Positions 46,193 to 55,780 of a stretch of DNA of 59,967 bases are shown in pieces. A program made the translations under genes and the position numbers. The stretch lies in the IMG/VR virus record IMGVR_UViG_3300030095_003814, positions 1-59,967 of that record. One strand, given 5' to 3'. Below the pieces are notes generated by a model. The model worked only from the letters and a program-made list of their open reading frames with translations. It had not been told where the DNA came from and did no database searches. Position 1 is the stretch's first letter; every line of letters begins with the position of its first letter. Source of the stretch: a virus (lineage: Duplodnaviria; Caudoviricetes).

Positions 46193-46605
46193 GGGAACTT
46201 AAAGAATTTATTGGCTTGCCATTCAAAACGTGGGGCCGAGCATATGATGGTTGTGATTGCTGGGGCTTGGTACATTTGTTCTATCGCGATCATTTGGGAA
46301 TTGATATTCCAGATTACAGCGAAACCGGGTTTACGAATTACAGCAAGAACGAGCGCGAACTTGTTTCATCAGTTATTGAAGCTGGAAAAAACACTTGGAA
46401 AAGTGTACAATTAAATAAAATACAATACGGTGATGTGATTATATTTGCTCTTATGGGTTATCCAGTTCATGTTGGCATCGCACTAAACAGCAAAGACATG
46501 CTGCACACGCAAGAGGTAACAAATAGCTGCATTGACCGCTACAAATCATTTCGTTGGCAGAAAAGAATAACAGAGATTTATCGCCATGCCTCACGTATCA
46601 GTTAA
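46189..46605 (+). CDS. NlpC/P60 tail-associated peptidase
   Basis: IGLPF..WGR...GCDCWGLV, HVGI, MLH. Confidence 0.88.
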   Translation: MRELKEFIGLPFKTWGRAYDGCDCWGLVHLFYRDHLGIDIPDYSETGFTNYSKNERELVSSVIEAGKNTWKSVQLNKIQYGDVIIFALMGYPVHVGIALNSKDMLHTQEVTNSCIDRYKSFRWQKRITEIYRHASRIS

Positions 46606-49600
46606 GCCTAGCCCTTTTCGATATAATGACCGAAAGGTTATGCTTTTTGATGAGGGAACGCGACTAACTGAAATTATCAATGATACTCCGATCCCGCACA
46701 ATCTATATGGGCATGTGCGCGTAAAAATTGGCGATCACGAAATCAGTCGTGAAAATTGGCATCGCGTTAAAGTCAAAAAAGATGCACCTATTTTTATTGA
46801 TATCTTTCCTCATGGTGGGGGTGGTGGAGGCGGTAAAAACCCGCTTAAAACTGTTCTGTCATTAGCTGTTCTTGCTGCTGCATCGTTTGCCGCGCCTGCG
46901 ATTGGCCTAGCAGCGTTTGAGGCTGGTGTTATTGGATCAATCGGTGGTGTCATCTCAGCAACACCATTTATTGTTGGGGGGCTTACGATCCTTGGAAACT
47001 TGGCGCTTAATGCTCTTATTCCGCCATCTTCACCGTCAAGCCTGTCTAATCTAAATAACACACAAAACGCATCTGTCAGCAACACGCTATCAATCACGGG
47101 ATCAAGCAACAAAGCCAACAAGTATGGCGTTGTTCCGCGTGTATATGGTCGCCATCGCGTATACCCTGCACTTGCCGCTCAACCATTTACAGAAACAGTT
47201 GGCAACGATCAATATTTGCGTATGCTTTTCACTTTCGGTAAAGGTCCGCTTGATCTATCAGATTTGAGAATTGGCGAAACCTCAATTAGCCAATTTACGG
47301 AAGTAGAAACTTCTATCGTTTACGGCGATAGTCCTACAGAACAAGTTGGGCTTTATACAAACTCTGTAAGCGTTGATAGTTATAATGTTCTTGTATCAAA
47401 TTCTGGCGGGTCTGTAACTAGAACTGTTTCCGATAATTCAGATGAATTTACTGTTGACTTTACGTTTAACGGTCTAGTCACTGTAACGGATCAAGGTAAA
47501 TACACAAATAGAAGTGTCGTCATCAAAGTTGAGTATAAAAAAGTAGGTGACGTAACATGGATTGATAATGGAAACTCAACATTTACTGACAGCAACCCGT
47601 CAACTGTGCGCAGGTCGGTTCGGGTTGATGTTTCTGATGATCCGGGCGAGTATGAAGTAAGACTTACCAGAATTACAGGAGATACTAATTCAGAGAAAAT
47701 ATTTGATGAATGCTTCCTGTCTGGCATCCGATCAGTTGAGTACACTAATCCAACAACATTAACCGGTCAGTGCTTGGTGGCAATCAGGATCAAGGCTACT
47801 GATCAGCTAAATGGTGTTATTGACCAATTCAATGCAATTGCACAGGCTAAACTAGTAACTTGGGATGGTGCTGCATTGACATCTGCCATTGCAACATCAA
47901 ATCCCGCGTGGGCTTATTTGGATGTTTTGCGCGGTTCTTCGACAAAGCAGACAATTGCAGACAGCCGAATTGATCTTGATTTGCTAAAAGATTGGGCTGA
48001 TGATTGCGATACTGTCATGGAAGATGGCGGAGTTAAGTATCAGTTCAATGGTGTATTTGATTACCGCACAACCGTTTATCAAGCACTCAATCAGATTTCC
48101 GCCGCTGGCCGTGCCAAATATGGCAAAACGGACGGCAAGGAAGGCGTAATCAGGGATGTCGAGCAATCTGTTCACAGGCAGATGTTTACCCCACGAAACT
48201 CAAGCAACTTCAAATTTATCAAGAACTTTGTTCAAAAGCCCGATGCCGTTCGTGTTCGATATATTTCAGAGCTTGACGACTGGCAAGAGGCAGAGGTTGT
48301 CGTTTATGATGATGGATTTAACGCAAGCAACGCAGAAACGTTTGACGAACTAGAGCTGTTTGGCGTGACACAACAGCCGCAGGCATGGCGTCAAGGTCGA
48401 TATTATCTTGCTGTTAATCGTTTGCGTCCAGAGACAATAGAACTAACTGTAGACATTGAAAACTTCCCTTGCACACGCGGAGATTTAGTGGCAGTAAACC
48501 ACGACGTTCCGAAATGGGGGTTGGGATACGGCAGGATAACAGCCGTTAATCTATCTGGTTCTGATGCAGTTTCAATCGAAATTGATGAACCTGTACCAAT
48601 GTCGTCTGCAAATACGTATGCAGTTAGAATGCGTCTTGCGGACAATTCACAAGTTTTGTCTACCGTAAATTCTGGCGATGGCGAGTTTACAACACTTACT
48701 TTCACGACACCACTTAGCGGTTCAAGTATTCCTGCCGTTGGCGATTTGTTCACATTTGGGCAAAGCGAAAGTGAAACGGTTGATCTTGTAATTAAAGAAA
48801 TTAAGCCGGGTGAGGATTTAAGCGCAACACTTGTTATGTTGCCATATGCGCCGGGTGTGTTCACCGCCGAGGAAGGTGAAATACCAGCTTGGACGCCACA
48901 AATCAGCACGCCCGATGATGTTACACCGTCACCCGTTGCTGGTTTCCAAGCTCAAGAGCAGAATATTCCTGCTGACCGAAGATATAGAAATGATGCTTAC
49001 CTAAGCTGGACAATGCCTAACGGTGAATTTGCTGCCGGTTTTGAGGTTTACCAGCTCATTTCTGGTTCTTTTGTGCTTCTTGATGTCACGCAAAACCTGT
49101 TCTATCGCGTTGAAAATCTAACTCGCGGCGAAAGTTACTCGTTCAAAGTTATTGCGGTTTCGTCTGGCGGTCGCAAAATTGCAGTTAGTGACGCTGTAAC
49201 AAGAACAATATCAGTTCAAGGTCAAAACCCGCCAAGAGTAAACGAATTCAACATTGATATTATTCAAGGAACAGCGCATCTTAACTGGTCTGTAAATCCA
49301 TCTCTTGTAAATGGATGGCGAATTAAATATAGCCCGACGGTAGACACAAATCAAACTTGGTCTCAGCTACAAGACGCTATTACGTTTGTCTCATATCCAA
49401 CGTCTAGCGCGTCATTACCAGCGCGTGTCGGCACTTATGCGATTAAGTCTATTGATCTTGATGGGTTCGAAAGCGACAACCCGCCAACTTATGCAACAAT
49501 TTCAGCCATTGAAAATCAATTCAATGTAATTGAAAATATTTGCGAATCCCCGGATTGGCTCGGAACAAAAGACGATACATCTGTAGATGTATACGGCGTT

Positions 49601-50311
49601 AAGTTTCCTGCCGGTTCATTAACGCTTTCTGGATCTGAACTTGTTTCAGATTGGTCGCTAATTTCTAATCTTTCATCAATTGTCGCTGGTGATGGTGGAT
49701 TTGTTGAAACTGGTTACTACTATTTCGACAACTCAATTGATCTTGGTGACGTATACACAAGCTATGTTGTTGCTGATGTTGAAGCCGTTGGAACGGATGT
49801 TAGTAACCTCGTTTCGTCTTGGGTTTTAGTTTCTTCTCTAGATAGTATTACCGGAACTGACAGCAGCGAATGGGGTGTTACTTTTGAAATAAGAACGACT
49901 GATGACGATCCAAACGGAACTCCAACATGGTCAAGTTGGCGTAGGCTCACTGCATCAGACGTAACAGCAAGGGCCATTGAGTTTAGGATTAAGCTGGAAA
50001 GCTCTAACATGTTTGTAACTCCTGTGGTTACAAAAGCATGTGTATCCGTTGATATGCCAGATAGAATTATAAGCGATCTAAATATTGTCTCTGATGCAGG
50101 TGGATCAACTGTAACGTTTACAGATCCATTTTACACGTCGTCCACGCCAAAAGTTAACATCACTGCATCAAATCTCTCAACTGGCGACTATCACGAGATC
50201 ACAAGCAAAACAAATACAGGTTTTCAAATACGGTTCTTTAATTCTTCTGGAACTGGCATTTCTAGAACGTTTGATTATTTCGCTGCTGGATATGGCAAAC
50301 TTGTTAGCTAA
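46586..50311 (+). CDS. Tail tip / host-specificity protein (gpI-gpJ-like, FnIII)
   Basis: GGGGGGKNPL, YGVVPRVYG.HRV.P, IKATDQLNG, SNPAW, TRGDLV.V.HD. Confidence 0.88.
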   Translation: MPHVSVKPSPFRYNDRKVMLFDEGTRLTEIINDTPIPHNLYGHVRVKIGDHEISRENWHRVKVKKDAPIFIDIFPHGGGGGGGKNPLKTVLSLAVLAAASFAAPAIGLAAFEAGVIGSIGGVISATPFIVGGLTILGNLALNALIPPSSPSSLSNLNNTQNASVSNTLSITGSSNKANKYGVVPRVYGRHRVYPALAAQPFTETVGNDQYLRMLFTFGKGPLDLSDLRIGETSISQFTEVETSIVYGDSPTEQVGLYTNSVSVDSYNVLVSNSGGSVTRTVSDNSDEFTVDFTFNGLVTVTDQGKYTNRSVVIKVEYKKVGDVTWIDNGNSTFTDSNPSTVRRSVRVDVSDDPGEYEVRLTRITGDTNSEKIFDECFLSGIRSVEYTNPTTLTGQCLVAIRIKATDQLNGVIDQFNAIAQAKLVTWDGAALTSAIATSNPAWAYLDVLRGSSTKQTIADSRIDLDLLKDWADDCDTVMEDGGVKYQFNGVFDYRTTVYQALNQISAAGRAKYGKTDGKEGVIRDVEQSVHRQMFTPRNSSNFKFIKNFVQKPDAVRVRYISELDDWQEAEVVVYDDGFNASNAETFDELELFGVTQQPQAWRQGRYYLAVNRLRPETIELTVDIENFPCTRGDLVAVNHDVPKWGLGYGRITAVNLSGSDAVSIEIDEPVPMSSANTYAVRMRLADNSQVLSTVNSGDGEFTTLTFTTPLSGSSIPAVGDLFTFGQSESETVDLVIKEIKPGEDLSATLVMLPYAPGVFTAEEGEIPAWTPQISTPDDVTPSPVAGFQAQEQNIPADRRYRNDAYLSWTMPNGEFAAGFEVYQLISGSFVLLDVTQNLFYRVENLTRGESYSFKVIAVSSGGRKIAVSDAVTRTISVQGQNPPRVNEFNIDIIQGTAHLNWSVNPSLVNGWRIKYSPTVDTNQTWSQLQDAITFVSYPTSSASLPARVGTYAIKSIDLDGFESDNPPTYATISAIENQFNVIENICESPDWLGTKDDTSVDVYGVKFPAGSLTLSGSELVSDWSLISNLSSIVAGDGGFVETGYYYFDNSIDLGDVYTSYVVADVEAVGTDVSNLVSSWVLVSSLDSITGTDSSEWGVTFEIRTTDDDPNGTPTWSSWRRLTASDVTARAIEFRIKLESSNMFVTPVVTKACVSVDMPDRIISDLNIVSDAGGSTVTFTDPFYTSSTPKVNITASNLSTGDYHEITSKTNTGFQIRFFNSSGTGISRTFDYFAAGYGKLVS

Positions 50312-50365
50312 GTTTACACACAAAAAATATGTGATATAATACAAATAACATTCAACAGGTGAATA

Positions 50366-51388
50366 ATGACGCAAGCATCAATTGTAATACCAGATAGTGA
50401 CGGTCTAACATTCCTAAATAACGCAAATTCTGCCTATGCAGCAATAGCGACACGTCAAAAAGGTGGAACAGCGCCATCAAGCCCAGATGAAGGTTGGGAA
50501 TGGATAGACGATAGCGGCACGCCTTATATTGTAAACACATATATAAATTCTACTTGGGTTCCTACTGGATATATTTACCCGACCGAAGGTGTTTTCAGGT
50601 CGCTAAATCGTGGCAGGGTGTTTGCCAAGACTGCAAGTTATACAGTTTTGTTAAGCGACATTGGGGCAACGTTCAACCACAACGCAACATCAGGTAGCGC
50701 GACATATACAATTCCACTTGCCGCAACGACAAAAAATGGTTTTGATGTTTCCGTCATAAAAACAGATGCAAGCGCAAATACAGTAACTTTGCAGGCCAGC
50801 GGTTCTGATACTATTAACGGCTCTTCGTCTATTGTTCTTTCTGGTCAATACGATTGTGTAACAATTGTTAGCGATGGATCGTCGGCGTATTCTGCATTTT
50901 ACGGCACTCTTGGTGCCTCTGGAGCATTGTTGGCATCAAATAATTTGTCTGACCTTGATGACGCATCAACCGCTAGAACAAACCTTGGTCTTGGGACGTC
51001 AGCCGTTGAAAATGTTGGACTTTCGTCTGGTGATGTTCCGCAACTAGACAGTAACGGTAAAGTGCCATCAGGCGTTCTAGCTCTTGAAATAAACCAACAA
51101 ACTGGAACTACCTATACCACGGTTATTGATGACGCGGGTAAGTTAATCAAGCTCAACAATGCATCGTCTATAGCCTTGACTATCCCGCCGAATAGCAGCG
51201 TTGCATATCCAGTCGGTACGGTGATTGCGTTCCAGCAGGACGGTGCGGGGACTGTGACCATGGGGCCGGGTTCCGGTGTAACACTTGAAAACAGAAATGG
51301 CCTTGTCTCTAGCGGTCAATATGCAATGTGGTCCATCGTCAAAACATCAACTGACACTTGGGCTGTCGCAGGAGACCTTACATCATGA
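50366..51388 (+). CDS. Tail fibre protein
   Basis: KTASYTV, KTDASANTVT, NNLSDL...ARTNLGL, TLENRNG...WAVAGDL. Confidence 0.8.
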   Translation: MTQASIVIPDSDGLTFLNNANSAYAAIATRQKGGTAPSSPDEGWEWIDDSGTPYIVNTYINSTWVPTGYIYPTEGVFRSLNRGRVFAKTASYTVLLSDIGATFNHNATSGSATYTIPLAATTKNGFDVSVIKTDASANTVTLQASGSDTINGSSSIVLSGQYDCVTIVSDGSSAYSAFYGTLGASGALLASNNLSDLDDASTARTNLGLGTSAVENVGLSSGDVPQLDSNGKVPSGVLALEINQQTGTTYTTVIDDAGKLIKLNNASSIALTIPPNSSVAYPVGTVIAFQQDGAGTVTMGPGSGVTLENRNGLVSSGQYAMWSIVKTSTDTWAVAGDLTS

Positions 51389-52068
51389 GTATGGCAGCAC
51401 TTCAACTTGGTATCATCTCGGTAGGTAGAATACCATCGGAGATTTCATACATAACTAACGCTAGTGACTCAGTTGACCGCAGTGTTTATACATTTTCTGG
51501 GCAGTCAATAGGCCCGGCGTCAAATGACAGGGTTGTGATTGTAACAATTGGCAGCAGGGTTAACGCTTCAACAACACTATCCGGCGTTACAATAGGAGGG
51601 GTTACAGCTACAGAAATAGCATATGCACAAAATGTACACGCTGGTGGAACGGAACATTGCGCAATATACGCGGCCAAAATAACGTCTGGAACAACCGCTG
51701 AAATTGTCGTTACTTTCACAGGTCCATCATTAAGGTGCGCAATCGGTGTTTTTGCGAAAACAGGATCAACTGGCGTATCGTCATTTGACACTGACACAGA
51801 CATCACTGATACGTCTGGTGAGTTCGGTGTTAGTGTTGATGTTCCCGATAACGGTACAGTTCTGTGCGCTGCTTTTTGCGGCGCAAGCGGATCCACATCA
51901 TGGACATTTAGCGGAGTTACAGAGGATTTTGATATCCAGCCAGAAATCGCCGCAAACGCACTTGCAAGCGGGCATGACAATTACGTGACCGGTCAAACAG
52001 TCAACCTTACAGCAACAGCGACATCTACACCACTCGATGGCGCTGTTGCAATAGCAACATGGGGATAA
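51385..52068 (+). CDS. Tail fibre-associated protein
   Basis: T/S/G-rich beta protein coupled to the fibre gene. Confidence 0.6.
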   Translation: MSMAALQLGIISVGRIPSEISYITNASDSVDRSVYTFSGQSIGPASNDRVVIVTIGSRVNASTTLSGVTIGGVTATEIAYAQNVHAGGTEHCAIYAAKITSGTTAEIVVTFTGPSLRCAIGVFAKTGSTGVSSFDTDTDITDTSGEFGVSVDVPDNGTVLCAAFCGASGSTSWTFSGVTEDFDIQPEIAANALASGHDNYVTGQTVNLTATATSTPLDGAVAIATWG

Positions 52069-52072
52069 GTAA

Positions 52073-53452
52073 ATGACAATTATTTCATCTGCCGGGACTT
52101 ATGGGGCTGGCACATTTAAGCTGTCGCAAAACATTGCGGGTGGCCTTGTGTTTACCGGCACTGCTTTTCTTGATCTTGCAGGCCACACTATTGATGTTGG
52201 TGGCGGCGGGAACGTATGGAATTACGGCGTTATTGCCCAAGGGTCGAACACGGTTATCGGTGATAGCGCGGGCGGCGGAAAGGTTACAGGTGCTCGTGTC
52301 GGAGTTAAGCTGGAAGGATCAAATTCAAAAATCGTGAATATTGATCTTAGTCACAATCGTTATATAGGGGCATGGCTTGCTGCGACAGATTGCTCTGTGA
52401 TAGGCGGAAAGTGTGGATATATTGGCGGGGTTACAGACGAGAAATATGCAATTGGTATACAATGTGATAGCCTTCGGCCTGTTGTTTATGGTGTGCAATT
52501 TGATGAAATATATTTCCAATCTGGTTATATCGGGTCATCTGCCGGTGAAGGCTTGCCGGTCAACTTTGCGGCCACATCGTCTGATGGCAGGATGGAGCGT
52601 TGCGTGGCAATAAATTCCATACCTCAGGTTAATAGCTACGGAATATTCTGCGGTATAGGAGGCAGTCACATTGTTAAGGACAATCAGTTTGTTAACTTTT
52701 GGCGAGCATGTAACCACGCATCTTCTGGTGATCCTGAAATAACAGGTAATGTTTGCATTATTTCAGAAAATATTGATGGAAGTAATGGTATAGCTTGTGA
52801 TGTTGGGCTAATTAATAAAAATATTTGTGTAGGCTATGAGCGCCCTTATTCTGAAGGTAAATTCAATGGGAACATTGCTGTTTTTTACCCGGAAAATCTA
52901 GCAACGGAACCTCAACCAGACCCAGACCCATACCCAACCGGAACTGGATCAGTATTGTCAATAATTCATGATACTAATTTTGGAAACATCGGAACTAAAA
53001 CGGCAAAAATAAGAGTTCCGGTATCAGAAATGACGCCTCCATCAAATGACGTCACAAAAATACGGTTTAAACTTTCAGGTAATCCGACTGAGTCAATAAG
53101 TATATCAAAAGTTTTTGTCGGACCTGCTGCAGTTTCAGGTGACGTTTGGGACGCTATGACACTAAATCAATTGAAGTTTGGTGGTGTAAATTCCGTTACA
53201 GTTCCTTCTTCTGGTGATGTGTGGTCTGATTGGTTGGATATTATCTGGGACAAAACAAGTGATCTGATTATTTCGGCATACTGCTCTGATACAACAGGGA
53301 ATAGTGACGCTTTGTATTCTTCAAATCAAGTTAGTGGCGCTTCGACTTCAATTAGCACGTCAGATTTAGCAAGTACCGCAAATGCAAGCGGCCTTACATC
53401 TTACTCAGGGTATTTATCTCTTATTACCGAAATAGAGACAGATGGGTTTTAA
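52073..53452 (+). CDS. Right-handed beta-helix protein (tailspike/depolymerase-like)
   Basis: LDLAGHTI, G/N-rich beta-helix-like repeats, PQPDPDPYP linker, C-terminal beta domain. Confidence 0.6.
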   Translation: MTIISSAGTYGAGTFKLSQNIAGGLVFTGTAFLDLAGHTIDVGGGGNVWNYGVIAQGSNTVIGDSAGGGKVTGARVGVKLEGSNSKIVNIDLSHNRYIGAWLAATDCSVIGGKCGYIGGVTDEKYAIGIQCDSLRPVVYGVQFDEIYFQSGYIGSSAGEGLPVNFAATSSDGRMERCVAINSIPQVNSYGIFCGIGGSHIVKDNQFVNFWRACNHASSGDPEITGNVCIISENIDGSNGIACDVGLINKNICVGYERPYSEGKFNGNIAVFYPENLATEPQPDPDPYPTGTGSVLSIIHDTNFGNIGTKTAKIRVPVSEMTPPSNDVTKIRFKLSGNPTESISISKVFVGPAAVSGDVWDAMTLNQLKFGGVNSVTVPSSGDVWSDWLDIIWDKTSDLIISAYCSDTTGNSDALYSSNQVSGASTSISTSDLASTANASGLTSYSGYLSLITEIETDGF

Positions 53453-53475
53453 TTTTATTAGGTAGTTTATTTTAT

Positions 53476-53895
53476 ATGAATTTAAATAGAATTATTTCAG
53501 ACCTTTACAACGACGAGGGTTTTCGATCTAGCGCATACCAAGATACAGAAGGCTACTGGACAATCGGTATCGGTACTTTAATCGACGAACGTCGTGGCGG
53601 CGGTATTACGCAAGAAGAGGCAGAATACCTTGCAAAAAACCGAGTTATGAAAGTTGTATTTGAACTTGATCGGCGCATTCCTTGGTATCGCGACAAGCCA
53701 TCCCAAGTCCAAGAAGCGTTGGTTAACATGGCATATCAGATGGGTGCAGAAGGGTTGATGATGTTCAGAAATATGCTTGCATGTATCAAGAATGATGATT
53801 TTGATGGTGCATATCGTGAGGCACTCGACAGCCGATGGGCGCGACAAACACCAAACCGAGCAAAACGAGTTGCGGAACAAATCAGAACGGCATGA
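53476..53895 (+). CDS. Endolysin, GH24 / T4-like lysozyme
   Basis: DEGFR..AYQDTEGYWTIGIG, LVNMAYQMG, DSRWARQTPNRA. Confidence 0.92.
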   Translation: MNLNRIISDLYNDEGFRSSAYQDTEGYWTIGIGTLIDERRGGGITQEEAEYLAKNRVMKVVFELDRRIPWYRDKPSQVQEALVNMAYQMGAEGLMMFRNMLACIKNDDFDGAYREALDSRWARQTPNRAKRVAEQIRTA

Positions 53896-54167
53896 TAAAA
53901 CTTGTTACAAAAACACCGGAAACACTTCTAGACACACTCATAGAATTGTGCATCTGGTTTTGTAGCAGAAGCGTCATTGTTAATGATGATTGGTATGTGT
54001 TTAAACGCGGTCGCGGACTTTTGAAAATGCCATCTTCGGCTTGCAAATCAAGTTCAATTAATGGCCTTGATTGTAATGTGGAATTCCCAGTTGGTTCTGA
54101 CTGGTCATTAACTAACAATTGCATAACGGTATTTAGCAAGGCGTGGTATCCTAATGAACGCAAGTGA
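53892..54167 (+). CDS. Hypothetical protein
   Basis: ATGA overlap in the lysis cluster. Confidence 0.45.
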   Translation: MIKLVTKTPETLLDTLIELCIWFCSRSVIVNDDWYVFKRGRGLLKMPSSACKSSSINGLDCNVEFPVGSDWSLTNNCITVFSKAWYPNERK

Positions 54168-54342
54168 CAGAAACGCAATCATACGTTCTTTTGTTGTGGC
54201 GATCAGCATCATGTTTTTTGCTTGCATCGGAATATTCTACATCGGAAAAACTGTAATTACTGACCCGATCATGGATAAACTCGATACCATGCAAAGATCA
54301 AACGCCGCTAACTTTGGGCAGATCAAGAAAGAACTAAAATGA
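54154..54342 (+). CDS. Small single-TM protein in the lysis cluster
   Basis: N-terminal TM segment. Confidence 0.55.
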   Translation: MNASDRNAIIRSFVVAISIMFFACIGIFYIGKTVITDPIMDKLDTMQRSNAANFGQIKKELK

Positions 54343-54908
54343 ATATCTTTAAGATGTTTACGGGCGGAATTGGCGCGACTGCAAAAGGCATTGCTCGCGG
54401 GGTTGCCACGTTTACAGGCGACAAGGTTCAACAAGAAGATCATCTAACACAAGAACAACAAGCCGTACTTGCTCAGTTTGCATCTGAAAACACGCAGCAT
54501 AGAACTAACCGCACATGGTTTGATGCGTTTGTTGATGGATTAAATCGCCTTCCACGGCCTATTATTGCTCTTGAGGTTATCGCCCTGCCTCATTGGGCTG
54601 TACTTGATCCTGCTGGCTTCTCAGCGGCTATGATGGCGCTTGCTGTAACTCCTGAATGGCTTGCTCTGATTATCGGGCAAGTTATCCTGTTGTTCTTTGG
54701 CGGTCGTATGTTGGATAAATGGCCTCGTAAGTTTGACGCACCAAATGCGAATACCGTTAAGGCGGTTCTGGACGCGCAAGACAAAATAAAAAAGAAAAAG
54801 CGCCCCGATGAAAAAGAATATCAGGACGCTATGAAAAATGATGATCCGTTATCTGAGGAAAATATCAGAGAATGGAACAGGCGGAATAACCCTAATTTTA
54901 AAGGTTAG
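54339..54908 (+). CDS. Holin (GTA 3TM-holin-like)
   Basis: WFDAFVDGLNRLPRP...DPAGF...MALA..PE.L...FFGGR. Confidence 0.82.
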   Translation: MNIFKMFTGGIGATAKGIARGVATFTGDKVQQEDHLTQEQQAVLAQFASENTQHRTNRTWFDAFVDGLNRLPRPIIALEVIALPHWAVLDPAGFSAAMMALAVTPEWLALIIGQVILLFFGGRMLDKWPRKFDAPNANTVKAVLDAQDKIKKKKRPDEKEYQDAMKNDDPLSEENIREWNRRNNPNFKG

Positions 54909-55777
54909 AAAAGCCCCTTACTTTCAAGCAATCCTGCATCAATGTTTTTGATTGCCTGCTTGTAGTACGATGTTTTCAATTCCGCGCCAACGCCTTTTCG
55001 TCCCTTTTGAACTGCTGTGAAAATTTCCGTACCAATACCGGCAAATGGCGTGAATACCGTGTCCCCCGGATTAGACCACAGATCAATGCAACGACGAACA
55101 GGCTCAAGCTGCAACGGGCAAATGTGACGTTCGTCATCACTTTCACGCGCTGCCCGGAATTGCAACGTGTCTGACGGGTCGATATCCATCCACACTGGGC
55201 TTGCGTATTGCTGCCAGACATGTACAGGAAAACTTTCGTTGGTATGCTCTACACGTTCTGGGTTATCGCCCGGTTTGCGTAGAGTTACGATTTTGTCAGG
55301 AATACCATTGCGAGAAATACAGCTATCCTTTTTAAGCTGCTTGTGCAGTAGCCCAATTGCCTTTGTGCGCTGCATCGCGGTTACGGGGTCTTTCCAAATC
55401 ACCACTTCTGAATGATAGATAAACCCTAGTTCCTGTGCTGCACGGATAATTTCCCCCGGAAAATCACGCAACCCGATAAAGCCATCACGCGCCTTGCTGG
55501 TTGGAAGTGCCATGCAATGCATTGAGAACATTCGCCCCGGCATCAATGCGCGATACAATTCTTTCAGCAAAAACTTGAAGTGATCAAAGAATTCATCACT
55601 TGATGCACTGTTACCCATGTCGCGGTCGCTATTTGAATACGTATACAGGCTTTCAAACGGCGGAGACGAAATAGAGTAATGCAGCGAGTTATCAGGCATT
55701 CCTTTCAAAACTTCGATGCAATCACCATTGTAAATAGCGTAATCATCCGTGATGTGTTGATCAATAACTTGGGACAT
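54905..55777 (-). CDS. N4-cytosine/N6-adenine DNA methyltransferase (beta class)
   Basis: SSPPF catalytic motif before the PFAGIG SAM motif; HICPLQL. Confidence 0.9.
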   Translation of the reverse strand: MSQVIDQHITDDYAIYNGDCIEVLKGMPDNSLHYSISSPPFESLYTYSNSDRDMGNSASSDEFFDHFKFLLKELYRALMPGRMFSMHCMALPTSKARDGFIGLRDFPGEIIRAAQELGFIYHSEVVIWKDPVTAMQRTKAIGLLHKQLKKDSCISRNGIPDKIVTLRKPGDNPERVEHTNESFPVHVWQQYASPVWMDIDPSDTLQFRAARESDDERHICPLQLEPVRRCIDLWSNPGDTVFTPFAGIGTEIFTAVQKGRKGVGAELKTSYYKQAIKNIDAGLLESKGLF

Positions 55778-55780
55778 AAA

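Noticed and set aside
39890-52010. Long antisense ORFs in the tail region (39890-40486, 43599-44228, 48403-48909, 51486-51980)
   Set aside because: Low-complexity shadows of strongly supported sense-strand structural genes.
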